DNA from: an uncultured Acidobacteriota bacterium
GTDB taxonomy: Bacteria; Acidobacteriota; Terriglobia; 20CM-2-55-15
Direction: 5' to 3'
NCBI GenBank assembly: GCA_963738025.1
Contig: CAVTWA010000020.1
Coordinates: 128,520-192,519 of the forward strand
Length of the DNA: 64,000 nt
Under the pieces are notes generated by a model that ran no database searches, had not been told where the DNA came from, and worked only from the letters and a program-made list of their open reading frames with translations. The position numbers and the translations under genes are program-made. Below are positions 55,344 to 62,844 of the stretch, in pieces. Numbering within the stretch: the first letter of the stretch is position 1; each line of letters opens with the position of its first letter.

Positions 55344-56417
55344 ATGCATAAACTGGGGTTCTGGAGCCTGTTGCTGACCATTATCGTCAGCCCGGTTCTG
55401 CAGGGCCAGTCGCGGGAATCTGTTCTCAAGGCGATTCAACAAACCTCGAAGTGGTCTCCTGCCGATCAACCCATTCAGTACGACGAAAAGAACATTGAGG
55501 CCTTTGCCGGTAAACGCGCCGCAACCCTCCTTCATTACGGCCTGTTGGGTGTAACCACCCAGAACTTGAGCAGTCCCGAGGGTAACGTGCATCTGACGTT
55601 GTATCAGATGTCGGATGCGAGCGCGGCGTATGGTTTGTACACGCTGGATCGTAACGTCGATCAGCCAGGCTTTGCAGCACTGCCGCTCGGTACGGAAGGC
55701 TTCCGCCTCGGCAATCGCTCGGAGTTCTGGCAGGCAAAATACGTCGTCAAGTTAGAAGGCAGTCCTGGGGCAATGGAGAGCCTGGCTCGAACCGTTTCTC
55801 AAAATATCTTTGGCAGTTCCCGAAAGCCTCCGGTTTCGACGCACCTGCCTCCGGAGAATATGGTGCAGGGCTCGGAACGCTATGCCGTGGATGCAGCGGG
55901 GATTGCCCGTAATCTCGACGTCGACCCGCAGAAGCTGGGCTTCGACGACAGTGTTGAAGTGGCGACAGCCGATTACCGGGTTAACGGCAAGACCGCCCAT
56001 CTGATGCTCCTGATGTATCCGGATCAACAGCTCGCGAAAAAATACGAAGAGCAGTGGTCGGCAGATGACGCAGCCGGCACCCAGACCCGCAAGCGCACTG
56101 GAGCGATCCTCGCCATGGTTCGAGGCTCGCACGATCCGGCGGTGTTAAAAGCGATCCTGGATGGCGTGAGCTATGAAACACAAGTAACCTGGGACCAGCC
56201 CCGGCCCGATATTTCCATCCGCGATGTCATTCTGACCATCTTCAGTTTCATCGGGATTGCGTTACTTTTTACGGTCGTTGTCGGCCTGAGTTTCGGCGGC
56301 GTGCGCATTTTTGTCAAAGCACGCTATCCGGACAAGATCTTTGATCGGGCGGAGGACATGGAAATCATCCAACTCAAGTTGATTCAAGGAGTTGCAACGA
56401 AGGAGCTGCACGAATAA
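55344..56417 (+). CDS. Secreted or C-terminally anchored protein of unknown function
   Basis: 357 aa with signal peptide MHKLGFWSLLLTIIVSPVLQG and a C-terminal TM segment ILTIFSFIGIALLFTVVVGLSF. I recognise no domain. Confidence 0.7.
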   Translation: MHKLGFWSLLLTIIVSPVLQGQSRESVLKAIQQTSKWSPADQPIQYDEKNIEAFAGKRAATLLHYGLLGVTTQNLSSPEGNVHLTLYQMSDASAAYGLYTLDRNVDQPGFAALPLGTEGFRLGNRSEFWQAKYVVKLEGSPGAMESLARTVSQNIFGSSRKPPVSTHLPPENMVQGSERYAVDAAGIARNLDVDPQKLGFDDSVEVATADYRVNGKTAHLMLLMYPDQQLAKKYEEQWSADDAAGTQTRKRTGAILAMVRGSHDPAVLKAILDGVSYETQVTWDQPRPDISIRDVILTIFSFIGIALLFTVVVGLSFGGVRIFVKARYPDKIFDRAEDMEIIQLKLIQGVATKELHE

Positions 56418-56489
56418 TTTGCCCCGGTTTCGCGCGGGCGAATTAACCCTAATGCCGTGAATATTTTGAAAACACTCGAAAATAATTCG

Positions 56490-56518
56490 TTGACAAGGTA
56501 TACCCCCCTATCTAAATT
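56490..56518 (+). promoter_or_regulatory. Near-consensus sigma70-type promoter
   Basis: TTGACA (56490-56495), a 17-nt spacer, then TAAATT (56513-56518). Predicted TSS is about 56525. Confidence 0.5.
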
Positions 56519-56524
56519 TACTGC

Positions 56525-56613
56525 ATTGGAGCGTGACCTCGTTTGCTGGACGAGGTTTTCGATCCTTTTTCTCTTTACAACTATTGCTCACCCGGCAGGG
56601 TGAGCATTTTTTT
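56525..56613 (+). ncRNA. Candidate ~90-nt small RNA or structured tRNA-Thr leader
   Basis: Bounded by the promoter above and an intrinsic terminator. It contains a first hairpin acctcgt-ttgctgg-acgaggt (56536-56556) followed by TTTT, then the terminator hairpin. No plausible ORF. Confidence 0.35.
56586..56613 (+). terminator. Canonical rho-independent terminator abutting tRNA-Thr
   Basis: gctcaccc-ggca-gggtgagc followed by aTTTTTTT (T7 at 56607-56613). The tRNA 5' end is the next base. Confidence 0.75.
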
Positions 56614-56686
56614 GCCGGCGTAGCTCAGTTGGTAGAGCAGCTGATTCGTAATCAGCAGGTCAGCGGTTCAAGTCCGCTCGCCGGCT
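56614..56686 (+). tRNA. tRNA-Thr (anticodon CGT)
   Basis: Hand-folded cloverleaf. Acceptor gccggcg/cgccggc plus t; D-arm gctcagttggtagagc; anticodon stem gctga/tcagc with loop ttCGTaa; T-arm agcggttcaagtccgct. Confidence 0.95.
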
Positions 56687-56895
56687 CTTTCATAATAAAC
56701 GACTTAGCCCCAGTGATAAGCCGGGGCTAAGTTCACACTGTGCCGGATTCTGTACCGGGTCGGCCACGTTGACCGATCCCCTATCCCACCAGTTGCAGCG
56801 CCTCGGGTGCCTCGAGGATTGCGGCCACCTCGTCCTCTTTCGCTGCACGCGCGGCTTCCTCCGCCTGGTTGCCGCGAAGACTGTGGATTTCGGCC

Positions 56896-56937
56896 AAAAA
56901 AACGGAGAACAATTTCTTGAATTAGAAATTGTTCTCC
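56896..56937 (-). terminator. Rho-independent terminator of the FN3-protein operon
   Basis: On the minus strand: ggagaacaatttc-taattcaa-gaaattgttctcc followed by gTTTTTTT. It starts 11 nt after the stop at 56948. Confidence 0.8.
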
Positions 56938-56947
56938 CCGTGTCCCG

Positions 56948-57589
56948 CTAGATCGCCATTCGTGTTGCGGAGGCGCTCCAGTCGGTCCAGCCCGCCTTGC
57001 CGAAGGCACGAACCTGAAATGCATAAGTTGTGCCCGGCGTGAGGCCGGTGACGGTTAGCGGTTTCCTGGCGATGGCCAGCGTTGCCGTGGTCCATGTGCC
57101 AGGGAGTCCGTTGATCACCGGGGCCCAGTGCACTTCATAATTGTGTGCACCTTGAATCGGTGAAACGGACACGTTGAATTGGCCGGTAACCCCCTGCTCG
57201 ATCTCCGGCGCTCCCGGCGTGGGCAGCGGTTGCGGTTCCGAGCGGACACGTGGCGGCAGCGGGATGAATCCGCTGGACGTCAGTACCGCCGGATCGCCGT
57301 TCGCTACCTTGAGAGCGTAGGAGCCGAGCAGATCGAGGTCGTGCTCGAGCGTCAGACGGTCCTTTTCGCGCTGGGCAATCTCCTTCGGGCCGCCCTCTTT
57401 CGAGGCGGCGTTGGAGCTTGCCAGGTTGTCGGCATCTTGCTTGAGCGTGGCGAGTGGAATGGGCGGCGTCGTGAATATGTTAACGTTGGCACCCATGTCC
57501 GTGAATACCGTGTGTGAGCGCGACAAAAGATCGTCGAGCTTTGCACGCCGGAAGTTGCGTCGAATGTTCAATTTTTGGGTCGTAGTCAT
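56948..57589 (-). CDS. Protein with a C-terminal fibronectin type III domain; N-terminal half unknown
   Basis: 213 aa. The FN3 pattern is FNVSVSPIQGAHNYEVHWAP...LTVTGLTPGTTYAFQVRAFGKAGWTDWS. Confidence 0.75.
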   Translation of the reverse strand: MTTTQKLNIRRNFRRAKLDDLLSRSHTVFTDMGANVNIFTTPPIPLATLKQDADNLASSNAASKEGGPKEIAQREKDRLTLEHDLDLLGSYALKVANGDPAVLTSSGFIPLPPRVRSEPQPLPTPGAPEIEQGVTGQFNVSVSPIQGAHNYEVHWAPVINGLPGTWTTATLAIARKPLTVTGLTPGTTYAFQVRAFGKAGWTDWSASATRMAI

Positions 57590-57771
57590 TTGGTTTTCCT
57601 TCGATTATTGGTTAACGGTGAGTGGCTCAAAGTTTCGACAATGCTGGAGATCCGGACCTGAGCCTTCCCCGAATCCTCCAAACTTGCCAGGCGTCGTATA
57701 AATGTGAGCGGTGCGCCGAGCGTTGTCTCAAATACCGAACTTGATTTTTCCATCAACATGCTCATGATCAT
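57586..57771 (-). CDS. Small hypothetical protein (61 aa), translationally coupled to the FN3 gene
   Basis: Its stop overlaps the downstream start (ATGA at 57586-57589). No recognisable motif, so coding status is uncertain. Confidence 0.4.
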   Translation of the reverse strand: MIMSMLMEKSSSVFETTLGAPLTFIRRLASLEDSGKAQVRISSIVETLSHSPLTNNRRKTK

Positions 57772-57940
57772 TTCCTTTCAACTCCATCGTTGGCCTCTTT
57801 TTTTGGCCCATACTTATATAAATCCCCGCAAAACGGAAAGTGACTGAAACATTTTTTAAGTTGCTGAATGCGAGCGACTTAGTGCGACGCAAAAACTATC
57901 GTGTTGCGGCCCAAACCAGTTTTTTGCAAATCGGCAGGTG

Positions 57941-58420
57941 GTCGATCGTGACGAACACGTGTCGATCGCGACGAACACGTGTCGATCGCGACGAACACGT
58001 GTCGATCGCGACGAACACGTGTCGATCGCGACGAACACGTGTCGATTGCGACGAACACGTGTCGATCGTGACGAACACGTGTCGATCGTGACGAACACGT
58101 GTCGATCGTGACGAACAGGTGTCGATCGCGACGAACACGTGTCGATCGCGACGAACACGTGTCGATCGCGACGAACACGTGTCGATCGCGACGAACACGT
58201 GTCGATCGCGACGAACACGTGTCGATCGCGACGAACACGTGTCGATCGTGACGAACACGTGTCGATCGCGACGAACACGTGTCGATCGTGACGAACACGT
58301 GTCGATCGTGACGAACACGTGTCGATCGTGACGAACACGTGTCGATCGCGACGAACACGTGTCGATCGTGACGAACGCGTGTCGATCGTGACGAACGCGT
58401 GTCGATCGCGACGAACAGGT
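57941..58420. repeat. Tandem array of 24 head-to-tail copies of a 20-bp unit (consensus GTCGATCGCGACGAACACGT)
   Basis: Read directly from the sequence: exactly phased, no spacers. Position 9 is C in 14 units and T in 10. There are only five other substitutions: unit 6 c7t; units 9 and 24 c18g; units 22 and 23 a17g. Confidence 0.97.
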
Positions 58421-58421
58421 T

Positions 58422-58604
58422 AGCGTGACTGCCCTCAGCCAGACATTGCAACTCGGTATTCCCAGGGTCCTTCTCGCCAGAGTCGCGAGCGACTCTTACG
58501 ACGTCACTTCAGATGGCCAACGGTTCGTTGTGTTGTCAAACGTGGACAATGAGCCCTTAATGCCGATTCATATCGTCGTCAATTGGGCCAGCGAAAGATA
58601 CTGA
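58422..58604 (+). pseudogene. C-terminal remnant of a TolB-like beta-propeller repeat protein
   Basis: Own translation gives ...LARVASDSYDVTSDGQRFVVLSNVDNEPLMPIHIVVNWASERY*. The frame runs straight out of the tandem array with no start codon or upstream body. Confidence 0.6.
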
Positions 58605-58617
58605 AGAAGGATGGATA

Positions 58618-58669
58618 AGCCACGGATTTGAACGGATTGAAATCCGCTGAATCCGTTCAATCCGTGGCT
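58618..58669. repeat. REP-like hairpin of the 'AGCCACGGATTTGAACGGATT' family
   Basis: agccacggatttgaacggatt pairs with aatccgttcaatccgtggct (1-nt bulge, 11-nt loop). Related to 2468-2550 and 39120-39179. Confidence 0.65.
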
Positions 58670-58721
58670 CATTACGTCGATCGCGAGTGTAGTCCAAGAA
58701 TTAAATGGACATTCCGTCACT

Positions 58722-58748
58722 GTAGGCGCGCTCTATGAGCGCGGATAG
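58722..58748. repeat. Divergent copy of the GTAGGCGCGGTCTATGACCGCGC family
   Basis: gtaggcgcgctctatgagcgcggatag, with the small hairpin gcgcgctc-tat-gagcgcgg. Confidence 0.4.
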
Positions 58749-59228
58749 TCGGAATAAGCGGCCGTGGCGAGTTGCTCCCGGACGCGGGAGGGCGCCGAGG
58801 TCTCATAACCGTGCATTATGTGACTCACGATGGGGCGAAATGGAGCCCTTTGGGCTGTCGGGCGGCAGAAATGAGCCGGGGCGCGGTGGAAATTAGCCGA
58901 GGGCAAATCAGAGCAAAAGCAACAACAACTGCGAGTCTGTTTCTAAACATAACGCCCTTCGCGCTAGCAGATCGTTAGCTCAACAGGGGCCGGTACTGCG
59001 GCTTGCCGGGTTGTTCGTGCCGTCCCGTAGAAAAAGACGCAATTGCCCCGAAACAACCCGCTTGAATGGGAGATCATGTCGACAATTCGCAAGCCCTGCG
59101 CCCTTCACTGGAAAGCTATTGCTTTTCTCTTCCACCCCGCGCACTTCGGCGTCAGAATCTCAAGGCGAAGAGCCGGTGTGCGTGCCTGCCAAAGTGGCGC
59201 TGCGCGGCAAACCGCAGCAGCAGGGACA

Positions 59229-59597
59229 ATGGCGAAGACGACCGTACCGTATTGGAATGCACTCAATCCGAGCAGCAAGCACAGGTGGAAACCGATCCAG
59301 GGTTTGGAAGGTATCGCCGAGGAACTTACGTTGAGCATCGACGTGGGTACAGGCGAATACACGCGCTTAACGAGATTCAATCCCGGTGCGGATACTAGCG
59401 CGTTCGGCAGTAAGAGTCACGACTACCCCGAAGAAGTCTTTATAGTGACCGGGCGACTTTATGACCAGGCGTTTAACATGTGGCTGGAGACCGGACACTA
59501 TTGCAGCAGGCCACCCGGAGAGGTTCATGGCCCTTTCCGAACCGATATCGGTTGTGTGGTTCTCGAAGTGTCGTTCCCAAATAGACATCGCTTATGA
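59229..59597 (+). CDS. Cupin-domain protein (ChrR-like cupin)
   Basis: Start MAKTTVPYWN... after AGGGA. The beta-barrel pattern is ...YTRLTRFNPGADTSAFGSKSHDYPEEVFIVTGRLYD...GHYCSRPPGEVHGPF. The track ORF begins at 59043. Its stop overlaps the next gene's start. Confidence 0.75.
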   Translation: MAKTTVPYWNALNPSSKHRWKPIQGLEGIAEELTLSIDVGTGEYTRLTRFNPGADTSAFGSKSHDYPEEVFIVTGRLYDQAFNMWLETGHYCSRPPGEVHGPFRTDIGCVVLEVSFPNRHRL

Positions 59598-60763
59598 AAG
59601 GTCAGAGATCCCAGGGCATTTTGACAACGCATGTCGGCAGTCTTCCCCGCCCCAAGGATCTTCTCGATCTCATGAAAGCCAAAGTGACGGGCACTCCTCC
59701 CGACGCACAGCTGTACGAAGGTAAGCTTCGGAGCGCAGTCGTCGAATGTGTTTCCAGGCAGGCCGAAACCGGAATCGATGTCCTGAACGATGGCGAGCAA
59801 TCGAAGCCTGGCTTCTTTACCTATATTCGCGAGCGATTGGAAGGCTTCGAACCCCGGCCGCAGCGGCCGACGCAAGCTTGGCCACTCGAAGTGAACGCAT
59901 TCCCGGAATACTACGAACAGTATTTCAAGGAGGCCATGGGCGGCGGCGCCGTCGCGCCGATCGTTCCGATGGTCTGTACGGGACCAATCCGGTATTGTGG
60001 CGCCGAACCGCTCAACCGTGACATCGAAAACCTCAAAGCGGCCGCTTCCCCGGTTAAAGCTCATGCCGCATTCATGTCGTCGATAGCGCCCAGCGGCACG
60101 GGAGCCAACGACTACTACCGTACCGAAGAAGAGTTCTTTCATGCTGCCGGCGCGGCGCTTCGCACGGAATATCATGCAATCATTGAAGCAGGCTTCCTGC
60201 TCCAGATTGACGATCCTTTCCTCACGGACATCTTTGCAGATCCTGCGTGTGATGCTTCCGGCCGGCATAGACGTGCCTCCATGTTCGTCGAAGCAATCAA
60301 TGAAAGTCTGCGCGGGATTCCAGAAGAAAAGATTCGCTTTCATACCTGTTACGGTATTAACGAGGGACCGCGGATCTACGACGCGCCTCTCGATCAGATT
60401 GTGCCCTACATGCTGAAGATTCATGCCGGCGCATACAGCTTCGAGGCAGCAAACCCGCGGACGAACACGAATATCATCTGTGGGAACGCGTGAAGCTTCC
60501 GGAGGGCAAAATCCTCATTCCCGGTGTGATTACGCACGCCAGCAACATCGTTGAGCATCCGGAACTGATTGCCGAACGCCTTGTCCGGTTTGCGAAACTC
60601 GTTGGCCGTGAAAATGTGATCGCCGGAGCAGACTGCGGGTTTTCGTCACAGGCAACATACCGTCCGGAAGTTCATCCGACTGTCGTCTGGGCAAAGTTCG
60701 GCCTTACGGGACGGAGCCCGGCTGGCAAGCAAGCACCTGTGGTCTTCGGGTACGGCGTTCTAA
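59594..60763 (+). pseudogene. Cobalamin-independent methionine synthase-like (MetE C-terminal domain / UROD-like family) protein, two frameshifts as sequenced
   Basis: Begins GILTTHVGSLPRPKDLL...DVLNDGEQSKPGFFTYIRERL...HTCYGINEGP...FEAANPR. The frame changes at about 60460. It continues (H)EHEYHLWERVKLPEGKILIPGVITHASNIVEHPELIAERLVRFAKLVGRENVIAGADCGF...VVWAKF. The frame changes again at about 60700, then ALRDGARLASKHLWSSGTAF* (stop at 60761-60763). Confidence 0.8.
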
Positions 60764-60765
60764 GA

Positions 60766-61032
60766 TATTCCGACTGGAACGGTTGTTCATCCGGAGGCAA
60801 GCAGGGATTGAAGGAGGCGCAGGGCTTCCCAAATGACTTCGACGGCATTGTCGCCGGCGCTCCCGCAGCATACGGGACGCATCTGACCGCGTCTGCGGCG
60901 TGGATTGGACAGGCGGTAAACCGCACCGAGTCCAGTTATATTCCTTCCACAGAGTTTTCGCTGATTCCGGGTGTGTATCAGGTCGTTCAATCGTTCGCGG
61001 ATCCTACCGGAGGAAAATGGCAGATCACTTAA
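60766..61032 (+). pseudogene. Internal fragment of a tannase/feruloyl esterase family gene
   Basis: YSDWNGCSSGGKQGLKEAQGFPNDFDGIVAGAPAAYGTHL...YIPSTEF is paralogous to [32 protein letters not shown]... of the intact gene at 31834-33360. There is no N-terminal or C-terminal body. Similarity fades after about 60970. Confidence 0.65.
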
Positions 61033-61052
61033 CAAGGCTGCATTGAACCGAA

Positions 61053-61287
61053 ATGCCGTCGGATGGGCGCGAGCTATATCACCTGGCCCTCGATGGGAAA
61101 TTGATGGCTGTCTCGCGCCAGTGGCTCTATTCGACACTCCACTCACCTTTCAGCGAGGGCAACTCCCAAGAACGCATCGTTACGATGTCGCACCGGTTGG
61201 GCGATTTCTGCTCGCGGTCCCGAAAGCAACTCTGCAGCTCCTCCGATCGTCGCCGTGATGAATTGGACAGCCGGCCTCGAAAAGAAA
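61053..61287 (+). pseudogene. C-terminal remnant of a second TolB-like repeat protein, spread over three frames
   Basis: First frame: SDGRELYHLALDGKLMAV. Second frame: ALFDTPLTFQRGQLPRTHRYDVAPVGRFLLAVP. Third frame: PIVAVMNWTAGLEKK. This is the same C-terminal architecture as the fragment at 58422-58604. Confidence 0.55.
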
Positions 61288-61413
61288 CATGAAGGTAGCC
61301 GTAGGCATTTTCGTGCCTTGTTCTCCCCAGGAGACGCATCCTGTCCGCCCCAGCTCCTTTTTTTCCAGCGAGTTAGGTGGTATTGTACGCGACCACGGTT
61401 GTTTGGAGGGCAA

Positions 61414-62133
61414 GTGCGTAAGCCATCACGACTTCTATACACTCTGGCGGTCTTCCTAACGAGCTTTTATGCGATATGGTGCGGGCGTGGCGTGGAACCA
61501 ACAGCCGCCTTGTTTGCGGCGACTACACAGCAACAGCAACAGGCGCAGACCAGGCCCGTTATTTCAGATCCGCAAGAAGCGTTGGAGGCGTTGCTCGCCG
61601 GCATTCGGAGGTTCGACAAGTTGCCAGCTTATCGGGAACGAGTCAAAAGTATCCGGGAGGATGCAGAGTGGCTGCGAAAATCCCGCCGGAATTGGCCATC
61701 AGCAAATTACAGCGGGTTTACATTAGATATTCAATTGGACCTGGATCTCCTCAATGCACTCACAACACGAGACAGCTCCGATCTGGAACAGATGCGGATC
61801 GTTGCGCAAGATCTCAACATCAAGCGGCGCCAGTGCCGCCAACTCGGTGGACCGCACACGGTGAGCGTCAGTGTGAGCACCAAGGACAAATCAGACCATG
61901 AAGTTGGTGGATTCGAGGTGTGGTTCGTTAAAAAGGGATTCGAGAAGCAACAACAATATTATCGATCGTTTCCAACATACAGCAGCCCTGCTCGTCGGGA
62001 TTTTCCCGATGCAGGTTACTATGTGCTCTGGGCAGCCCACCCCGGCGAACCCTCTAAAACTGGGTTCAAGAAAGATGTCGAAGTTGGCCCGGGAGCCCAG
62101 GTATTGATCGATCTCACCCCACCTTTGTTCTAG
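61414..62133 (+). CDS. Hypothetical secreted or anchored protein
   Basis: Proposed GTG start (61414) follows GGAGGG, giving VRKPSRLLYTLAVFLTSFYAIWCG. A Gln run, a helical region and a beta-rich C-terminus follow. The track ORF (from 61255) begins inside the upstream gene remnant. Confidence 0.55.
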   Translation: MRKPSRLLYTLAVFLTSFYAIWCGRGVEPTAALFAATTQQQQQAQTRPVISDPQEALEALLAGIRRFDKLPAYRERVKSIREDAEWLRKSRRNWPSANYSGFTLDIQLDLDLLNALTTRDSSDLEQMRIVAQDLNIKRRQCRQLGGPHTVSVSVSTKDKSDHEVGGFEVWFVKKGFEKQQQYYRSFPTYSSPARRDFPDAGYYVLWAAHPGEPSKTGFKKDVEVGPGAQVLIDLTPPLF

Positions 62134-62135
62134 TT

Positions 62136-62690
62136 ATGTTGTGGTTCCGCAAACTACAAACTGAAGTTGGCCAGATCTCGGCAGCACTAATGACGACCAT
62201 TGGTGGCTTTCTGATACCTCCCCCGATAGGCTTTCTCAGCACCGACGTTCAGATGTGGCCGAAAGTCGGAGGGTACGTCATTGGCATTATCACAACTTTG
62301 CTCATCGTCATTGGCCAGAACACAAAGCAGCGCCGGTTCACAAAGACATGGTTTGCAACGACTGTGATTGCACTCCTGCTCGCAATCATGGCATTTTTTG
62401 GCTACCGATACGTCACGAGTACCCGCACATGCGCCTATTATGACCAATGGAAGATCATAGGATCCGAGTTGTCCGCCGACGCAATCGATTATGAACGCGA
62501 TCACCCGCGTGCCAGTTGTGAAGAATTGCTGAAAGCGTTTACGGGCGACGTCAAGGAGATTTGGAGCGAAACCTCGCTTCGAGGCTCAGAATTTCTATTG
62601 AGTATCACCTATCTTTCCGTTCTTCCACTGCTAACCGTCGCATCAATCGCAAGCTTGCAGGCCTATCGATGCAGCCGGAACCGACGATAG
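62136..62690 (+). CDS. Hypothetical membrane protein (3-4 TM segments)
   Basis: 184 aa, starting 3 nt after the previous stop. Hydrophobic segments: IGGFLIPPPIGFL, VGGYVIGIITTLLIVIG, FATTVIALLLAIMAFFGY and LLSITYLSVLPLLTVASIASL. Confidence 0.6.
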   Translation: MLWFRKLQTEVGQISAALMTTIGGFLIPPPIGFLSTDVQMWPKVGGYVIGIITTLLIVIGQNTKQRRFTKTWFATTVIALLLAIMAFFGYRYVTSTRTCAYYDQWKIIGSELSADAIDYERDHPRASCEELLKAFTGDVKEIWSETSLRGSEFLLSITYLSVLPLLTVASIASLQAYRCSRNRR

Positions 62691-62844
62691 CAAATATTTA
62701 CCGGTGGACAAAGTGGTTGCATACGTTACCGGTGCTGCACTAGCTGCTTTGTATCAAGTAATGCCAGTGTGGGCGCCATTTTGAGAGGAGACAAAGTCCT
62801 CGGTGGCCTCTTCCCCTGCTTGTATAGTGACCTGGGGAGGGACT

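Noticed and set aside
56533-56730. 65-aa ORF spanning tRNA-Thr, and the ORFs overlapping tRNA-Ser and the SRP RNA (3846-4396)
   Set aside because: They run through confidently folded RNA genes, so they are artefacts.
57941-58420. CRISPR array
   Set aside because: The repeats are directly abutting with no spacers, the unit is only 20 bp, and there are no cas genes in the window.
57856-58451. Long ORFs in all three minus-strand frames (up to 190 aa, VAIDTCSSRSTRVRHDRHVF repeats) and shorter plus-strand ORFs across the tandem array
   Set aside because: They arise only because a stop-free 20-bp unit is repeated. Because 20 is not a multiple of 3, every frame shows the same 20-aa periodic peptide. 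There is no start context, and the plus frames are interrupted wherever the T variant creates TGA.
58822-58950. Small minus-strand ORF with a signal-peptide-like start (MFRNRLAVVVAFALIC..., 42 aa)
   Set aside because: It is too short and has no downstream body. It is most likely another gene remnant in the decayed region and cannot be supported as a gene.
58980-59228. Riboswitch (cobalamin/SAM/SAH) upstream of the cupin / MetE-like genes
   Set aside because: I looked for a B12-box or SAM-type conserved cores and found nothing convincing. This needs a covariance-model scan before any claim.
56687-62700. Intact integrative element with integrase and att sites at tRNA-Thr
   Set aside because: No integrase, recombinase or transposase-like ORF is present in any frame. 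I could not find a direct repeat of the tRNA-Thr 3' end by eye. I report the region only as a decayed accessory region.
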